NCBI GenBank assembly: GCA_051362555.1
Contig: CM120644.1
Coordinates: 442,954 to 506,953, forward strand
Direction of reading: 5' to 3'
DNA from: Lingula anatina
Taxonomy: Eukaryota; Animalia; Brachiopoda
Length of the DNA stretch: 64,000 bases
Shown here: piece by piece, positions 38,611 through 49,402 of the stretch
Layout of the letters: each line of letters starts with the position of its first letter
Numbering within the stretch: the stretch's first letter is position 1
Position numbers and translations under genes: made by a program
Notes under the pieces: model-generated
What the model was told of the DNA's origin: nothing
Databases searched by the model: none
Seen by the model: only the letters and a program-made list of their open reading frames with translations

Positions 38611-38680
38611 AGGCGTTAAGTCATGTTTCCATATTTCATCTAACTTCATATTGCCTACATAACGTGTAATACTGGTGCTT

Positions 38681-38800
38681 CCCTAACGAAAAAGTCCTAT
38701 AGGATCCTATAGAATCTTATAGGATCCTATAGGACTTTTTCGTAAGGGCTATCCCTAACGAAAAAGTACTATAGGATCCTATAAGATCCTATAGGAAATT
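38681..38800. mobile_element. Tiny palindromic MITE(s), CACTA-like
   Basis: CCCTAACGAAAAAGTCCTATAGG...CCTATAGGACTTTTTCGTAAGGG (38681-38748), followed by a partial second copy. Confidence 0.5.
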
Positions 38801-41800
38801 GGGCCTAAAGGTCCAGCAGGGGCGGATTTAGGCCGTCTTCTGGATCTTCCGGAAGACGGTCAGATTTTCAAGTTTACATTGACAGGTGTCTATTTTTTCT
38901 GTCGGTAGACGGACAAAAATGCAGGAAAGATCAACAAAGATAATTGAGAAGACTGTCAGAAATTACCTTTGGATCAGACCCTGACCAGGAGGTTTATTGA
39001 ATGCCATAAACACTACATGCGTCTCTTAACCTGTCTGCAAAAGACGTGTCTGATAAGAAAGGGTATCTATCCCTCATAAACTTACCTAGACCATGGCTGT
39101 CGCTTCCAACAATTACATATATTGCACTTGTGTTTTGCTTACAAGAGGCGGGCGCTTCAATACATTTGTGCACAGGCGCAATAATATCTTATTATCTTAA
39201 CAATAACCCCAGCTGCGGGTGAAGTCAATCACAAGCATTGTATTGTAACATACAAGAATAATTATCAAGACTACACGCTTTAATGTCTCATACAATGATC
39301 GACCCGCGTTGTGACTGGAACATGCGGGTTTGTTCCACTTCCTGTTCATATTTCCCACAGATAACAGTTCGTGAAATATGTGAGCTAGCCAGCTGAAGAT
39401 GATGATTGTACAGGCAGCATGTGCCATTTCCGATATTTTATAAGAAAGAAAAAACAAACGATAGCCTGAATAACTGCACCTGTAATAGGACTATCCAGTG
39501 CGGCCGGACTGTATTGTCATTATTTTTAATATTTTATTGTATGAGTTGCATTTTGTTTGGTCTGCGCAGTGAAATCTTTGCATTCACCGTGGCTTTGATA
39601 CCCGCCCTGTTCAGTGTCTGCTAATATCAGAGAGTAAAATGACCATGTATTTTCAATGCAATGAAAACCCTAAATTGGATAAATTTCCAATTTTGACTTT
39701 TCGGCCAAGGAATGGGTCGAATCGGCAATTATGTAATTTTATAATTGATATATCGGTTGTCTTGAACCTTCAATTTCCTCCAACCACTCGCTGTCCCCCC
39801 CCCCCCCCCACCCCCACCCCCATCTCGTGTTTTCCTTTCAGTCCCTGTATCAACTTAGCCAGTTATTTTTATGGTCATTTGTGATATATAAATCATCTAC
39901 ACTCATACAAGTCCTTGGCTGTCTCACCCGGTATCAGTAAGCACCGGTAGATTTCCGTACGACCGCTCACCTTCCCCGGCACCACTATTACGCCATATTC
40001 TGGTATCTTTTGTTGGAAAGGCGCTCGATCCTTACCTTTAACTCTCTTAGTGAAATTAACTCACACTTACCAATATGGCTCCTCTAGTACAGCCCCTATC
40101 TGTTAAAGCTATTACACCTTGACCGGCTGACTGCCTACATACAATGGCCTCGTCAGATACATATGAAGCTTATCTTTAAAAAAAAACGAGTAATAAAAGA
40201 GCACGAAATAGATTAAACACAGTTGAATATATCTGATATTGGACTTACATTTAGCAACTGACCGACGTCGACGCTGCGGTCTCAACCTGTGACCTTTCAC
40301 TAAGTAATTGACCTGGATGGACTGGTCATTTGATGTATTTTATGTACCAGGGCCAGAGGTAGTTATATTTCTTCTACTGGTAGATGACTAATAGCATTTA
40401 CTCATACAAGATAGAACAAAATTGTCACTAGATGTATGACCGTTTCCCCGAGACTTCATACCTCAGAACTATCTGCTCAAATCCTAAATATTCGGAAAGT
40501 TATAGGTCTATTGTTATTCAGCAACATCGTTGTTGTAAAGGCCTATGAGTATAGACTAGGGTAAAATATTAACTGTCACATATACTACTGAATCACACGA
40601 TGGTGAAAGGATCTTTATTTAAAAAGGGATTAATCTTTTTTTTTGTCTGAATTAAATTTGCTATCACATAAGCATACATACAGACATATATACATTCATA
40701 CATACATACATACATATAACCTACCCTCTACCAGGGCGACTGATAGATTTTTACGGATATTCACAGATATGTCTCTAGCTAGATAGATTGTCATTTTAAC
40801 TAAGTCACCCTGTACAGAAATCTCAAGGTTCATTACATGGCTGGTAATTGATTGCATTACTGCTCAGGCACTGCCACTTGGGAGGTCCAGTCTAAGTCTG
40901 CATGACAGCAATCAAGACAGTTAATTGCTCTGACCTTAATCACTTGCTCTTCTGACACAGATAAAAATAGCCCCCAGTGAATAGCTTATTACTTCAGCTA
41001 ACTGTGGAATCCCCTGAAGTAGTTGCAGAGGTATAAATACTGGTGCAGTAGCAGCCTGAAAGCATTGTTACGGTATGGAGCGTGAAGAAGCAGATCGGAT
41101 AGTAAGCAAATTTTGGAATTTCGAAGGGCTGACAGAATATCAATTTGAAGCGGTGAGTGCTGTAGTCAGAGGGAAGGACGTGTATGTTGGAATAAAATGT
41201 ACTGGGTGGAAAAAATCTCAAAGTTTAATAAAAGTACTGATGGAATAAAAGTACTGGGTGGAAAAAATCTAGAAATTTAATAAAAAACCTTCACACCACT
41301 CCTCCCCCCCCCCCCCAAAAAAAAAATGAAATAAATAAATAAAAATAAAGAAGAGAAAGAAAAAAACTAGCTATTTATCAGTGTTAAAAAAACTTTCACC
41401 AAGTAAAATTCACTCAGTATTATAATTTATTTATCTTAAAAACAGGATATCTAATTTATTTTCAAAAAATAAAAAAATTTGCCGTGAGTTAAATTTAATA
41501 ATCGCCAGGGTCCGAAGACCCAGATATATCGCACCTAAGCCGCCTCCGATAGTCATACAGAGACGTTATTCAAAGTAGGCCTAAATTTATTCTCAGATAG
41601 GCCCCTATAGGCCTAAGGTTTGTTTTGCATACCTGTAAACTCCTAAGGGTTTAACTTACATAGAAGTGTGATTTAACATCGTTTATATCATAAATCGGCA
41701 TGAAATAATTGACGTTTGAAAACAGACACAACTTCTTTGCTGCACTTGAAATGACCTTCTTAGCTATAAATATGATCCTATCACCTTGCGACATTACATC

Positions 41801-41946
41801 ATTCGATCGATATAGGCCTACATGAGTAGTTGTCACTGTTGAGGAGAAAGTAGGCCTACGTCTATTTATAGGAACTGAAATCAGATGACGCATGTATCGT
41901 AGTGTTCAGAGAGCGACTTCAGCTTGACCTACTTTCCAGTGCGTAT

Positions 41947-42423
41947 TGTGGAATCCTGCATAAATTCCACATTGTGTAGTCATAGTTAATCAACATGTTA
42001 TTATCTAATTTGCGTCTGTCCTGTATACATTTAAATATTATTTTCTGTAAAGGCCCATAGGTAGGCCTATGCTTGAGACAGATGCATATCACCTGTTAAT
42101 ATTGCACAACAATTAGTATGTAAATAAGTAGCAGCCACATGTACACGTATTTAAATAAGAAGCAGCCACATGTACACATAGATTCCCTGTAGATAATCTG
42201 TATATAACTTGAAACTTGTCCATAATAAAGACACTTTTGATCTGAGACTGAAGATGTGAGGTTGTTCTGTTATGCTTCTCTGTGCACGTAAAGTGAAAGA
42301 CTGAGTCGAATCTGGAGTCATGTCGGAGCCCATAGATTAGTTAATTCGTTAATGGAAATTGATACACTGGAATTCAGTACAGTTATAAATTAAAGTTAAA
42401 GTCATTTTAGACGGTTCACAACA
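41947..42423 (+). repeat. 5' LTR
   Basis: Direct repeat of 48926-49402; contains an internal ~31-bp duplication, TATA-like TATATAA and AATAAA. Confidence 0.97.
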
Positions 42424-42491
42424 TATTTTTGGCGAGCTCGAGCCAGTAAATTTTCACAAAAAACGTGCACGGAGGAAAATAACGAATAACA

Positions 42492-45400
42492 ATGGCAAAG
42501 ACTACGACCAGGAACTTAGACCAAAAGCTGGTGGAAAGTTTGGAAATGATCACAAAAAGCTTACAAGGAAAACAGGTAAGTGAAATTTGGAATCAAAGAA
42601 TAGCAGATAGTGCTGAAGGTATTAGGATATGTGATGGGTTGGATTATGGTGAAACTAGGGAATATTTAGATCAAGTTGATGCAATTTTGCCTAGCATAAG
42701 GGACATAGACGGGAATGTAGCTAAATTAGTTACTAAGACGACCAAGGGAGCTCTCAGAAGAGAAGTTGAAATATTTTTAAATAAGCAACCAGCTAGAATG
42801 AGTACTACATGGGGAACGGTTAGAGAATTTATTCAGCGTATGTTTTTATCAGTAAACGAACCTGAGAGATTGAAGGTTGAATTAGAAATGTTAACACAAT
42901 CGAATAATGAGTCGTTAACAACATTCAACAGATTATTTGCGGAGGCAAGTAGACGAGCATATGGTACAGACAGGGTACCAGATGTAGAGAGAATTATTGT
43001 TAGAGCATATACTAGAGGGTTAGCAGATGAAAAACTAGCTGAAGATATGATTGTTAGGGGTCGTCCACATACCCTTGAAGAAGCAATACAGAGGACTGAA
43101 AATGTATGTGCAGGGAAAGAGATTTTTGAAAATATCATGGGACAACAAAAGTCACAAAACAAAACAAGCACACCCACATATGCCATATTAAATGATCAAA
43201 CTGAACACGCTACCAGGAAGGAAACACACCTAGAAATATCAGCCGTAAACACGACGCTAAAAGAAAACAATGATTTTGTATCACAGTTACAAAGCGCAGC
43301 CGAGGCAGTTTCCCAGGCAGAAGAAAACTTACATGCACGTCTGAACAAAATAGAAAACACAGTTTTCCAAACAGAAAATCCACACGTAAACGCTGGCTGG
43401 CACACACAAAATACGCACAACAAGGGAAGGTATCGCATACAACAGCGTCCACAAACACATAAACGCAAAACTCCCATATGCTTTTACTGCAACAGACCAG
43501 GTCATAAAAAATTAGAATGCGGACAGTTAAAAGCACAACAAGATACGAGAAAAATTGATGCAGCAAGAATCACCTCAAATAAGTCCAGCGGTAGACTGGG
43601 TTTAGCAGTCACCATTAGTGGTGTTAGATGTAAGGCTTTGGTAGATTCGGGGGCATGTGTTACTTGTTTAGGATTAGATCAGTTCCTGAAAATTTGTAAA
43701 GCGACTGGAAGAAGTCGATTATTAGACAACTCAAAAGAGATATACACAGTGTCGGGAGAAACACTTGCGGTGAAAGGGAAAACAAATGTTAAAATTGATG
43801 GTGTTGGTGTTTGTGAGGTGATAGTGATTGACAAAATTGAACATGAAATGATCATCGGTATTGATTTGCTTAACCTAGGAAATGCACGAATAAATTTCGC
43901 TGAAAAAAAGATGACAATGTTTGAGAAAGAATGGCCGCTAACTGACTATAGCCGTGAAGGTCTTATCGCGGAAATTGTTAAACTCCCGCCGTCATCGGGA
44001 CACAAAGAAATAGATGAAGTGATACGTGAATATTGCGACGTGTTCAGCACTAGTGAAAACCCATTAGGAAAATGCGACATTATGCCGATGATAATAGACA
44101 CGGGAAACAACGCGCCGGTCCAACAGAGGGCATATCGCACACCGCTCGCGAAAAGAGAGATAATTGATAAAGAGATAGAATATCTTCTCAAAAACGATAT
44201 TATCAGACCGAGCCACAGTCAGTGGAGTAGCCCCGTAGTGCTATCTCCTAAAGCCGACGGATCCATGCGATTTTGTGTAGATTACCGCAAGGTTAACGCA
44301 ATTACCAAGATTGACAGATATCCTTTGCCGCTCATTGACGATATTTTTGATAACATGGAAGGCGCGACGGTATTTTCAGTCATTGATTTGAAACATGGTT
44401 TCAATCAAATTACTCTTGACGAAGCGGACATGAATAAAACAGCTTTCATTTGCCATCGCGGTTTATTTGAATATAAAAGGGTGCCGTTTGGGCTTTCTAA
44501 CGGTCCAAATCATTTTCAGGCCGTCGTGGATCGAGTTTTATCAGGCTTAATCGGCAAATGCTGTAACATCTACATAGATGATTGCACAGTTTACTCAAAG
44601 AATATGGAAGATCATGTGAAACATTTACGTTTAGTTTTGGACAGGTTCAGAGAGGCCAATCTGAAAATAAAATCTGATAAATGTGAATTTGCAAAAAACG
44701 AGGTCAAACTTTTAGGATACATAGTGAACAAAGACGGAATCCGCAGTAATCCCGAGAAGCTCAAACCAATAAAGAATATGCCGGTTCCCAAAACTGTAAA
44801 ACAAGTCAGATCATTTCTGGGGATGTGTAATTATTACTCAAGAACCGTCCCAGACTTCGCGAGAATAGCGTCACCGTTATATAAATTAACCAACAAAGAC
44901 AACACTTTTGAATGGGGTAGTGAAGAGCAAAGGAGGTTTGAACGGCTCAAAGATCTCCTGATGTCGAATAAAGTGATGGCCCATCCCAAAATCAATCAAC
45001 CGTACAAGCTATACACTGACGCGAGCAACAAAGCCATAGGCGCGGTTTTAGTGCAAACTGATGACGCGGGAAAAGATCGTGTAGTTCACTATATAAGCCA
45101 CAAACTGTCCAAGACACAAATGAATTACAGTACGATAGAAAAAGAGGCTTATGCAATCATGTACAGCGTGAACAAATTGAGACCATATTTATGGGGCGCA
45201 GACGTGACAATTTACACTGACCATAAACCGCTAAAAGCAATGTTTTCATCTAAAATTCAAAATTCAAGATTACAAAGGTGGGCTGCAGTTTTGGCTGAGT
45301 ACAATGCAAAAATCGAATACGTGAAAGGCACGACAAACATATGCGCGGATTTTTTGAGTAGGTTACCTGAGGAGAGAGAAGAATTAAAAGGGGAGATGGC

Positions 45401-47156
45401 TATCATGGATACGGAGGACGATTGGGTAGACCCAAGGATGATTCCTGATAGCATGCCCATTCATAACATCCCTTTTGAAGCTGACGGCTTAAATATTGAA
45501 GAGGTACAGAAGGGTCAGGTGGAAGAGTTTTCAGATGAAATTGAAGAGGCGAAAAATGAGGAGTCTGACTTTGAAATTTACCAGGGTCTGCTCTACTCAA
45601 CGCGGCCTCCGACACACACTGAACCCGAATATCCCCGGTTGATGTTACCAAGACAATTTAGAGAGAAGGTGATTGAAAACTGTCACAAAAACGTGGGGCA
45701 CATGGGTATCCACAAAACACTTTGTAGGGTAAGAGAAGCGTATGTCTGGCCGGGAATGCGAAAACACATAACACAAGCCTTAAAACGATGCCCGACTTGT
45801 CTAGTGCATAAATCCCGCCCAGTGAGAACAACTTTAGGTGAGTTGCCCCTCCCCTCTTACCCATTCCAGATCGTGGGGATGGATTTAATTGGCCCCTTTG
45901 TAGAATCACCGAGAGGGAACAAATACTGTTTGAATGTGATAGATTATTTAACGGGTTGGGCTGAATCTTATCCAATTCCAAATAAAACTGCTAAATCGGT
46001 AGAAAACGCCCTGGCAAATGACTTTTTCCCCCGCCACTCTATTCCACAGATTATTATCTCTGATAGAGGTAGTGAATTCAGTGCATACGAATTCAGAGCA
46101 TATCTATCGGGTCTTGGAATTGATCACAGAAGAACAACACCATATAACCCTGCCTGTTCAGGGAAAATAGAGAGATTCAATGCCACTTACAAAGGTTTGT
46201 TATCGCGCTTAGTGAACAATGATGTCAAATCGTGGGAGGGACAAATAGCAAATGCTTTATTCGCTTATCGAAGTAGCATTTCCACGGTTACAGGTTTTAG
46301 TCCATATTTTCTAGTGTACGGCAGACTGCCACGAGTCCCCCTATCTAAATTGCTCACCTACGGAGATAATACAAACGCGCTAAACGGCCGGTTAGTGGAA
46401 CTTTCAGATGCGTTAGCGATAGCTAGAGAGAACCTCCAGACAGCACGAATAGAAACAAAGCGACAGTATGACGCGAAGGCCAATGCCGAAAAGATTGAAG
46501 TTGGAGATAGTGTCATTGTTACGGCACCAGATAGAGTTACATTTGGGTCAAGGTATGATCCTATATTCACAGTAACTAGGTATCGCGGAAATGTTTTTTG
46601 GCTAGTAAATCAGCAGACAGGTAAAACGCGCACGATAAATAGGCGTAGGTTGAAGTTAGTAGAACCAAACATAGCTTGGGAAGGGATTGCACCTAGAGCT
46701 CGGAGAGTTTTCCGAAGACCTAATCCTGCTGCAGTACCCGCGCAACAAGGTCCAGAATCAGCGCAAACAGCGGTTAGAACTGACATCAATGCACACGCAG
46801 AAAATCTAAATCGCGAAGAAGCGAATGATGTGGTGAGTGCAGAAAATGATAATAATAAAGAAGACACGGAAAGTGTTGACATGTCAGACTCGGAAGAATC
46901 AAACGATATCACACAACCTAAAAAGCCAATTGTCATACCATCACACTCGCATAATACACGATTTAGAAAACGATGCATGCAACACGCCGAAACACAAGTT
47001 GTCCCAGATGAAAATCAATCAAGTCCCAAGCCATTTAAAGTGAGAAAAGTGGGTCAGAATGATACAAGAAGTGATGATATGGAGGTAGATTGCTTAACTA
47101 CGGCGATAGGAAGGTCCTGTAAATGCAGCATTTATGATAATGTTAAGAGATCATAG
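42492..47156 (+). CDS. Gag-Pol polyprotein, 1554 aa (Gag, CCHC knuckle, protease, RT, RNase H, integrase)
   Basis: CFYCNRPGHKKLEC; LVDSGA; RFCVDYR, PFGL, YIDD; TDAS, TDHKPL; HHCC zinc site plus integrase D-D-E (GMDLIG, SDRG, ERFN). PR-RT-RH-IN order indicates Ty3/Gypsy. Confidence 0.97.
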   Translation: MAKTTTRNLDQKLVESLEMITKSLQGKQVSEIWNQRIADSAEGIRICDGLDYGETREYLDQVDAILPSIRDIDGNVAKLVTKTTKGALRREVEIFLNKQPARMSTTWGTVREFIQRMFLSVNEPERLKVELEMLTQSNNESLTTFNRLFAEASRRAYGTDRVPDVERIIVRAYTRGLADEKLAEDMIVRGRPHTLEEAIQRTENVCAGKEIFENIMGQQKSQNKTSTPTYAILNDQTEHATRKETHLEISAVNTTLKENNDFVSQLQSAAEAVSQAEENLHARLNKIENTVFQTENPHVNAGWHTQNTHNKGRYRIQQRPQTHKRKTPICFYCNRPGHKKLECGQLKAQQDTRKIDAARITSNKSSGRLGLAVTISGVRCKALVDSGACVTCLGLDQFLKICKATGRSRLLDNSKEIYTVSGETLAVKGKTNVKIDGVGVCEVIVIDKIEHEMIIGIDLLNLGNARINFAEKKMTMFEKEWPLTDYSREGLIAEIVKLPPSSGHKEIDEVIREYCDVFSTSENPLGKCDIMPMIIDTGNNAPVQQRAYRTPLAKREIIDKEIEYLLKNDIIRPSHSQWSSPVVLSPKADGSMRFCVDYRKVNAITKIDRYPLPLIDDIFDNMEGATVFSVIDLKHGFNQITLDEADMNKTAFICHRGLFEYKRVPFGLSNGPNHFQAVVDRVLSGLIGKCCNIYIDDCTVYSKNMEDHVKHLRLVLDRFREANLKIKSDKCEFAKNEVKLLGYIVNKDGIRSNPEKLKPIKNMPVPKTVKQVRSFLGMCNYYSRTVPDFARIASPLYKLTNKDNTFEWGSEEQRRFERLKDLLMSNKVMAHPKINQPYKLYTDASNKAIGAVLVQTDDAGKDRVVHYISHKLSKTQMNYSTIEKEAYAIMYSVNKLRPYLWGADVTIYTDHKPLKAMFSSKIQNSRLQRWAAVLAEYNAKIEYVKGTTNICADFLSRLPEEREELKGEMAIMDTEDDWVDPRMIPDSMPIHNIPFEADGLNIEEVQKGQVEEFSDEIEEAKNEESDFEIYQGLLYSTRPPTHTEPEYPRLMLPRQFREKVIENCHKNVGHMGIHKTLCRVREAYVWPGMRKHITQALKRCPTCLVHKSRPVRTTLGELPLPSYPFQIVGMDLIGPFVESPRGNKYCLNVIDYLTGWAESYPIPNKTAKSVENALANDFFPRHSIPQIIISDRGSEFSAYEFRAYLSGLGIDHRRTTPYNPACSGKIERFNATYKGLLSRLVNNDVKSWEGQIANALFAYRSSISTVTGFSPYFLVYGRLPRVPLSKLLTYGDNTNALNGRLVELSDALAIARENLQTARIETKRQYDAKANAEKIEVGDSVIVTAPDRVTFGSRYDPIFTVTRYRGNVFWLVNQQTGKTRTINRRRLKLVEPNIAWEGIAPRARRVFRRPNPAAVPAQQGPESAQTAVRTDINAHAENLNREEANDVVSAENDNNKEDTESVDMSDSEESNDITQPKKPIVIPSHSHNTRFRKRCMQHAETQVVPDENQSSPKPFKVRKVGQNDTRSDDMEVDCLTTAIGRSCKCSIYDNVKRS

Positions 47157-48925
47157 AGATTTTTAAAGGATTCCATGTAAAGATAGAAGAGAAAATTAGG
47201 AATAGGAGAGAAGATATAGCGGTAGCACAGAGTATGATGGGAAAATATTCATTATGGTAATTGGATTATTCAAGCCAGCCTGTGTCCTCACTACTAGTGG
47301 TGATGGGGCGGGTTAGTATGAGGGATAGGGCCCATCCTTCATGCTTAGGTGAGAGTCATCTAATTTCATAAATTGAAACCCAGAGTATCTGTGGGATTAA
47401 TTAAGTGATAAGATTATTTTCAATGTAATAAGGTTATTTTCAATGTAGGGTATAAATTTTGATAGGATTGAGTAATACACAGGCTGTACCAGAAGTGTTA
47501 TTAGTAAAGCGGGCGGACAGTTAGGTATCTTGATAAAGAAAGAAAATAAATCGAATGCGTTGATGATTTGATATATATATATATATATATATATGAACAT
47601 GTATTTTTCTTTGTATTTTCCAGACGGAAAAGTCGAGAAGTGAAGGGAACTTCAAAACAAGATGTGAAGAGTGTCCATGGGATTATATTTTAATGTTTAA
47701 TAAATGTATGGGTGTACTATAAAAGACACATAAGACCTACAAATTTTGAGGAAATTTATTTTCTTTGGCCTAGCAAGTGCAGGTCAGAACGATAATTGTA
47801 GGTCCGGCAGTGCTGGATATTGATTTTTGAATGTTTTATTTTTTATTAAAGCCTTTAATTTTTTCCTTTAGGTAAGACGAGCCTCACTCCAGAGAACCAC
47901 AGCCCCGAATTGAAAAAAATGATGAAATATGTGGGAAATCCTATTTTACAATGTATGTTATATTAATGATTCCAATTTTTTTTTCCTCTAGACGAGACGA
48001 CTGATTATCTATAGATGCCTATGTTAGGATTAGATTAACCACAATTTATATGTAATGTATATTGTTTTTGTCGGGATCGGTTTCTTTGGTTTCGGATTTG
48101 GTGTCGGTGTGTCCTTATTGCAATCTTTTGCATGGGTTTTGGTGGCAAGAGTCTCTTTCAGCGTCAAGGTCTGCGACACTGTAACTCTGGATCAGGGTCC
48201 AGTTCTACGATACGTAACGGCCCTGGAAGGAAAAGACTGCCACACCCACACCACACCACAAGACCCTGAAACAGTCCGGATACCGAACTTTTAAATCAGC
48301 GAAAAAGTGTATATTACAGAAGAAGAGTCGAGTAGTCCGGCGACTAATCCGGTTACTCTGCCAGGTCTTCCCGGCAGAGGTTGGGCGAACTGGACACCCT
48401 AACAGAATGAAAAACAAAATCTGTTGAAGATCTGCGTATCATTCCAGAGTATTGTATATGACGTGTTATAAGTGGAGCATTCATTAATATGTATACTAGG
48501 TTATAAGTGTAATTTGTTTAAAACCAAATGATTATTGGGATGTAACAATAATTGAATACATATATTTGATAAAATATAATTATATGAAGTATCCTATATA
48601 AAATTTATAAGGATGGAATGGGGTACAATTTGTACCATTTTAAACGGCGTTATTATCATAATAATTATCATTATTTCATTGTTGTGGTCGATGTGAGAGT
48701 ATCTAGTTTCAATATGTTGTTTGATTTTAATCCTCATGAAAAGGTAAAATTTGTTTTGTAGGATTCATGTTTACAGATCAAGTATTACAGATTAAATTTA
48801 AAGTTTGGCACAACTGTTGAAATGGGTTTAATTAAAAGGATTTTTATATTCTGGGAATACAGGTTGTTCATGTTGATGTCATTTTAAAATAATGTACCAT
48901 TATTTTTTATAAAGAGGGGAAGGCG

Positions 48926-49402
48926 TGTGGAATCCTGCATAAATTCCACATTGTGTAGTCATAGTTAATCAACATGTTATTATCTAATTTGCGTCTGTCC
49001 TGTATACATTTAAATATTATTTTCTGTAAAGGCCCATAGGTAGGCCTATGCTTGAGACAGATGCATATCACCTGTTAATATTGCACAACAATTAGTATGT
49101 AAATAAGTAGCAGCCACATGTACACGTATTTAAATAAGAAGCAGCCACATGTACACATAGATTCCCTGTAGATAATCTGTATATAACTTGAAACTTGTCC
49201 ATAATAAAGACACTTTTGATCTGAGACTGAAGATGTGAGGTTGTTCTGTTATGCTTCTCTGTGCACGTAAAGTGAAAGACTGAGTCGAATCTGGAGTCAT
49301 GTCGGAGCCCATAGATTAGTTAATTCGTTAATGGAAATTGATACACTGGAATTCAGTACAGTTATAAATTAAAGTTAAAGTCATTTTAGACGGTTCACAA
49401 CA
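48926..49402 (+). repeat. 3' LTR
   Basis: Preceded by the PPT and followed by the GTAT TSD. Confidence 0.97.

Larger units (their letters stand above)
30643..38655. repeat. Segmental duplication unit 2 (fucosyltransferase copy 2) with later insertions
   Basis: Collinear with 21843-26998 once 31013-32638, ~35660-35960 and 36129-37304 are removed. Confidence 0.9.
41947..49402 (+). mobile_element. Intact Ty3/Gypsy LTR retrotransposon (7456 bp)
   Basis: LTRs 41947-42423 and 48926-49402 (477 bp, TG...CA, no mismatch seen); GTAT TSD; PBS-like TGGCGAGC at ~42430; PPT AAAGAGGGGAAGGCG at 48911-48925. Confidence 0.97.

Noticed and set aside
42833-47043. Antisense and alternative-frame ORFs within gag-pol
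   Set aside because: Shadow ORFs of a long coding frame with no recognisable motifs.
47157-48925. Canonical env gene or long antisense ORF in the Gypsy element
   Set aside because: No ORF above ~80 aa on either strand in the provided track.
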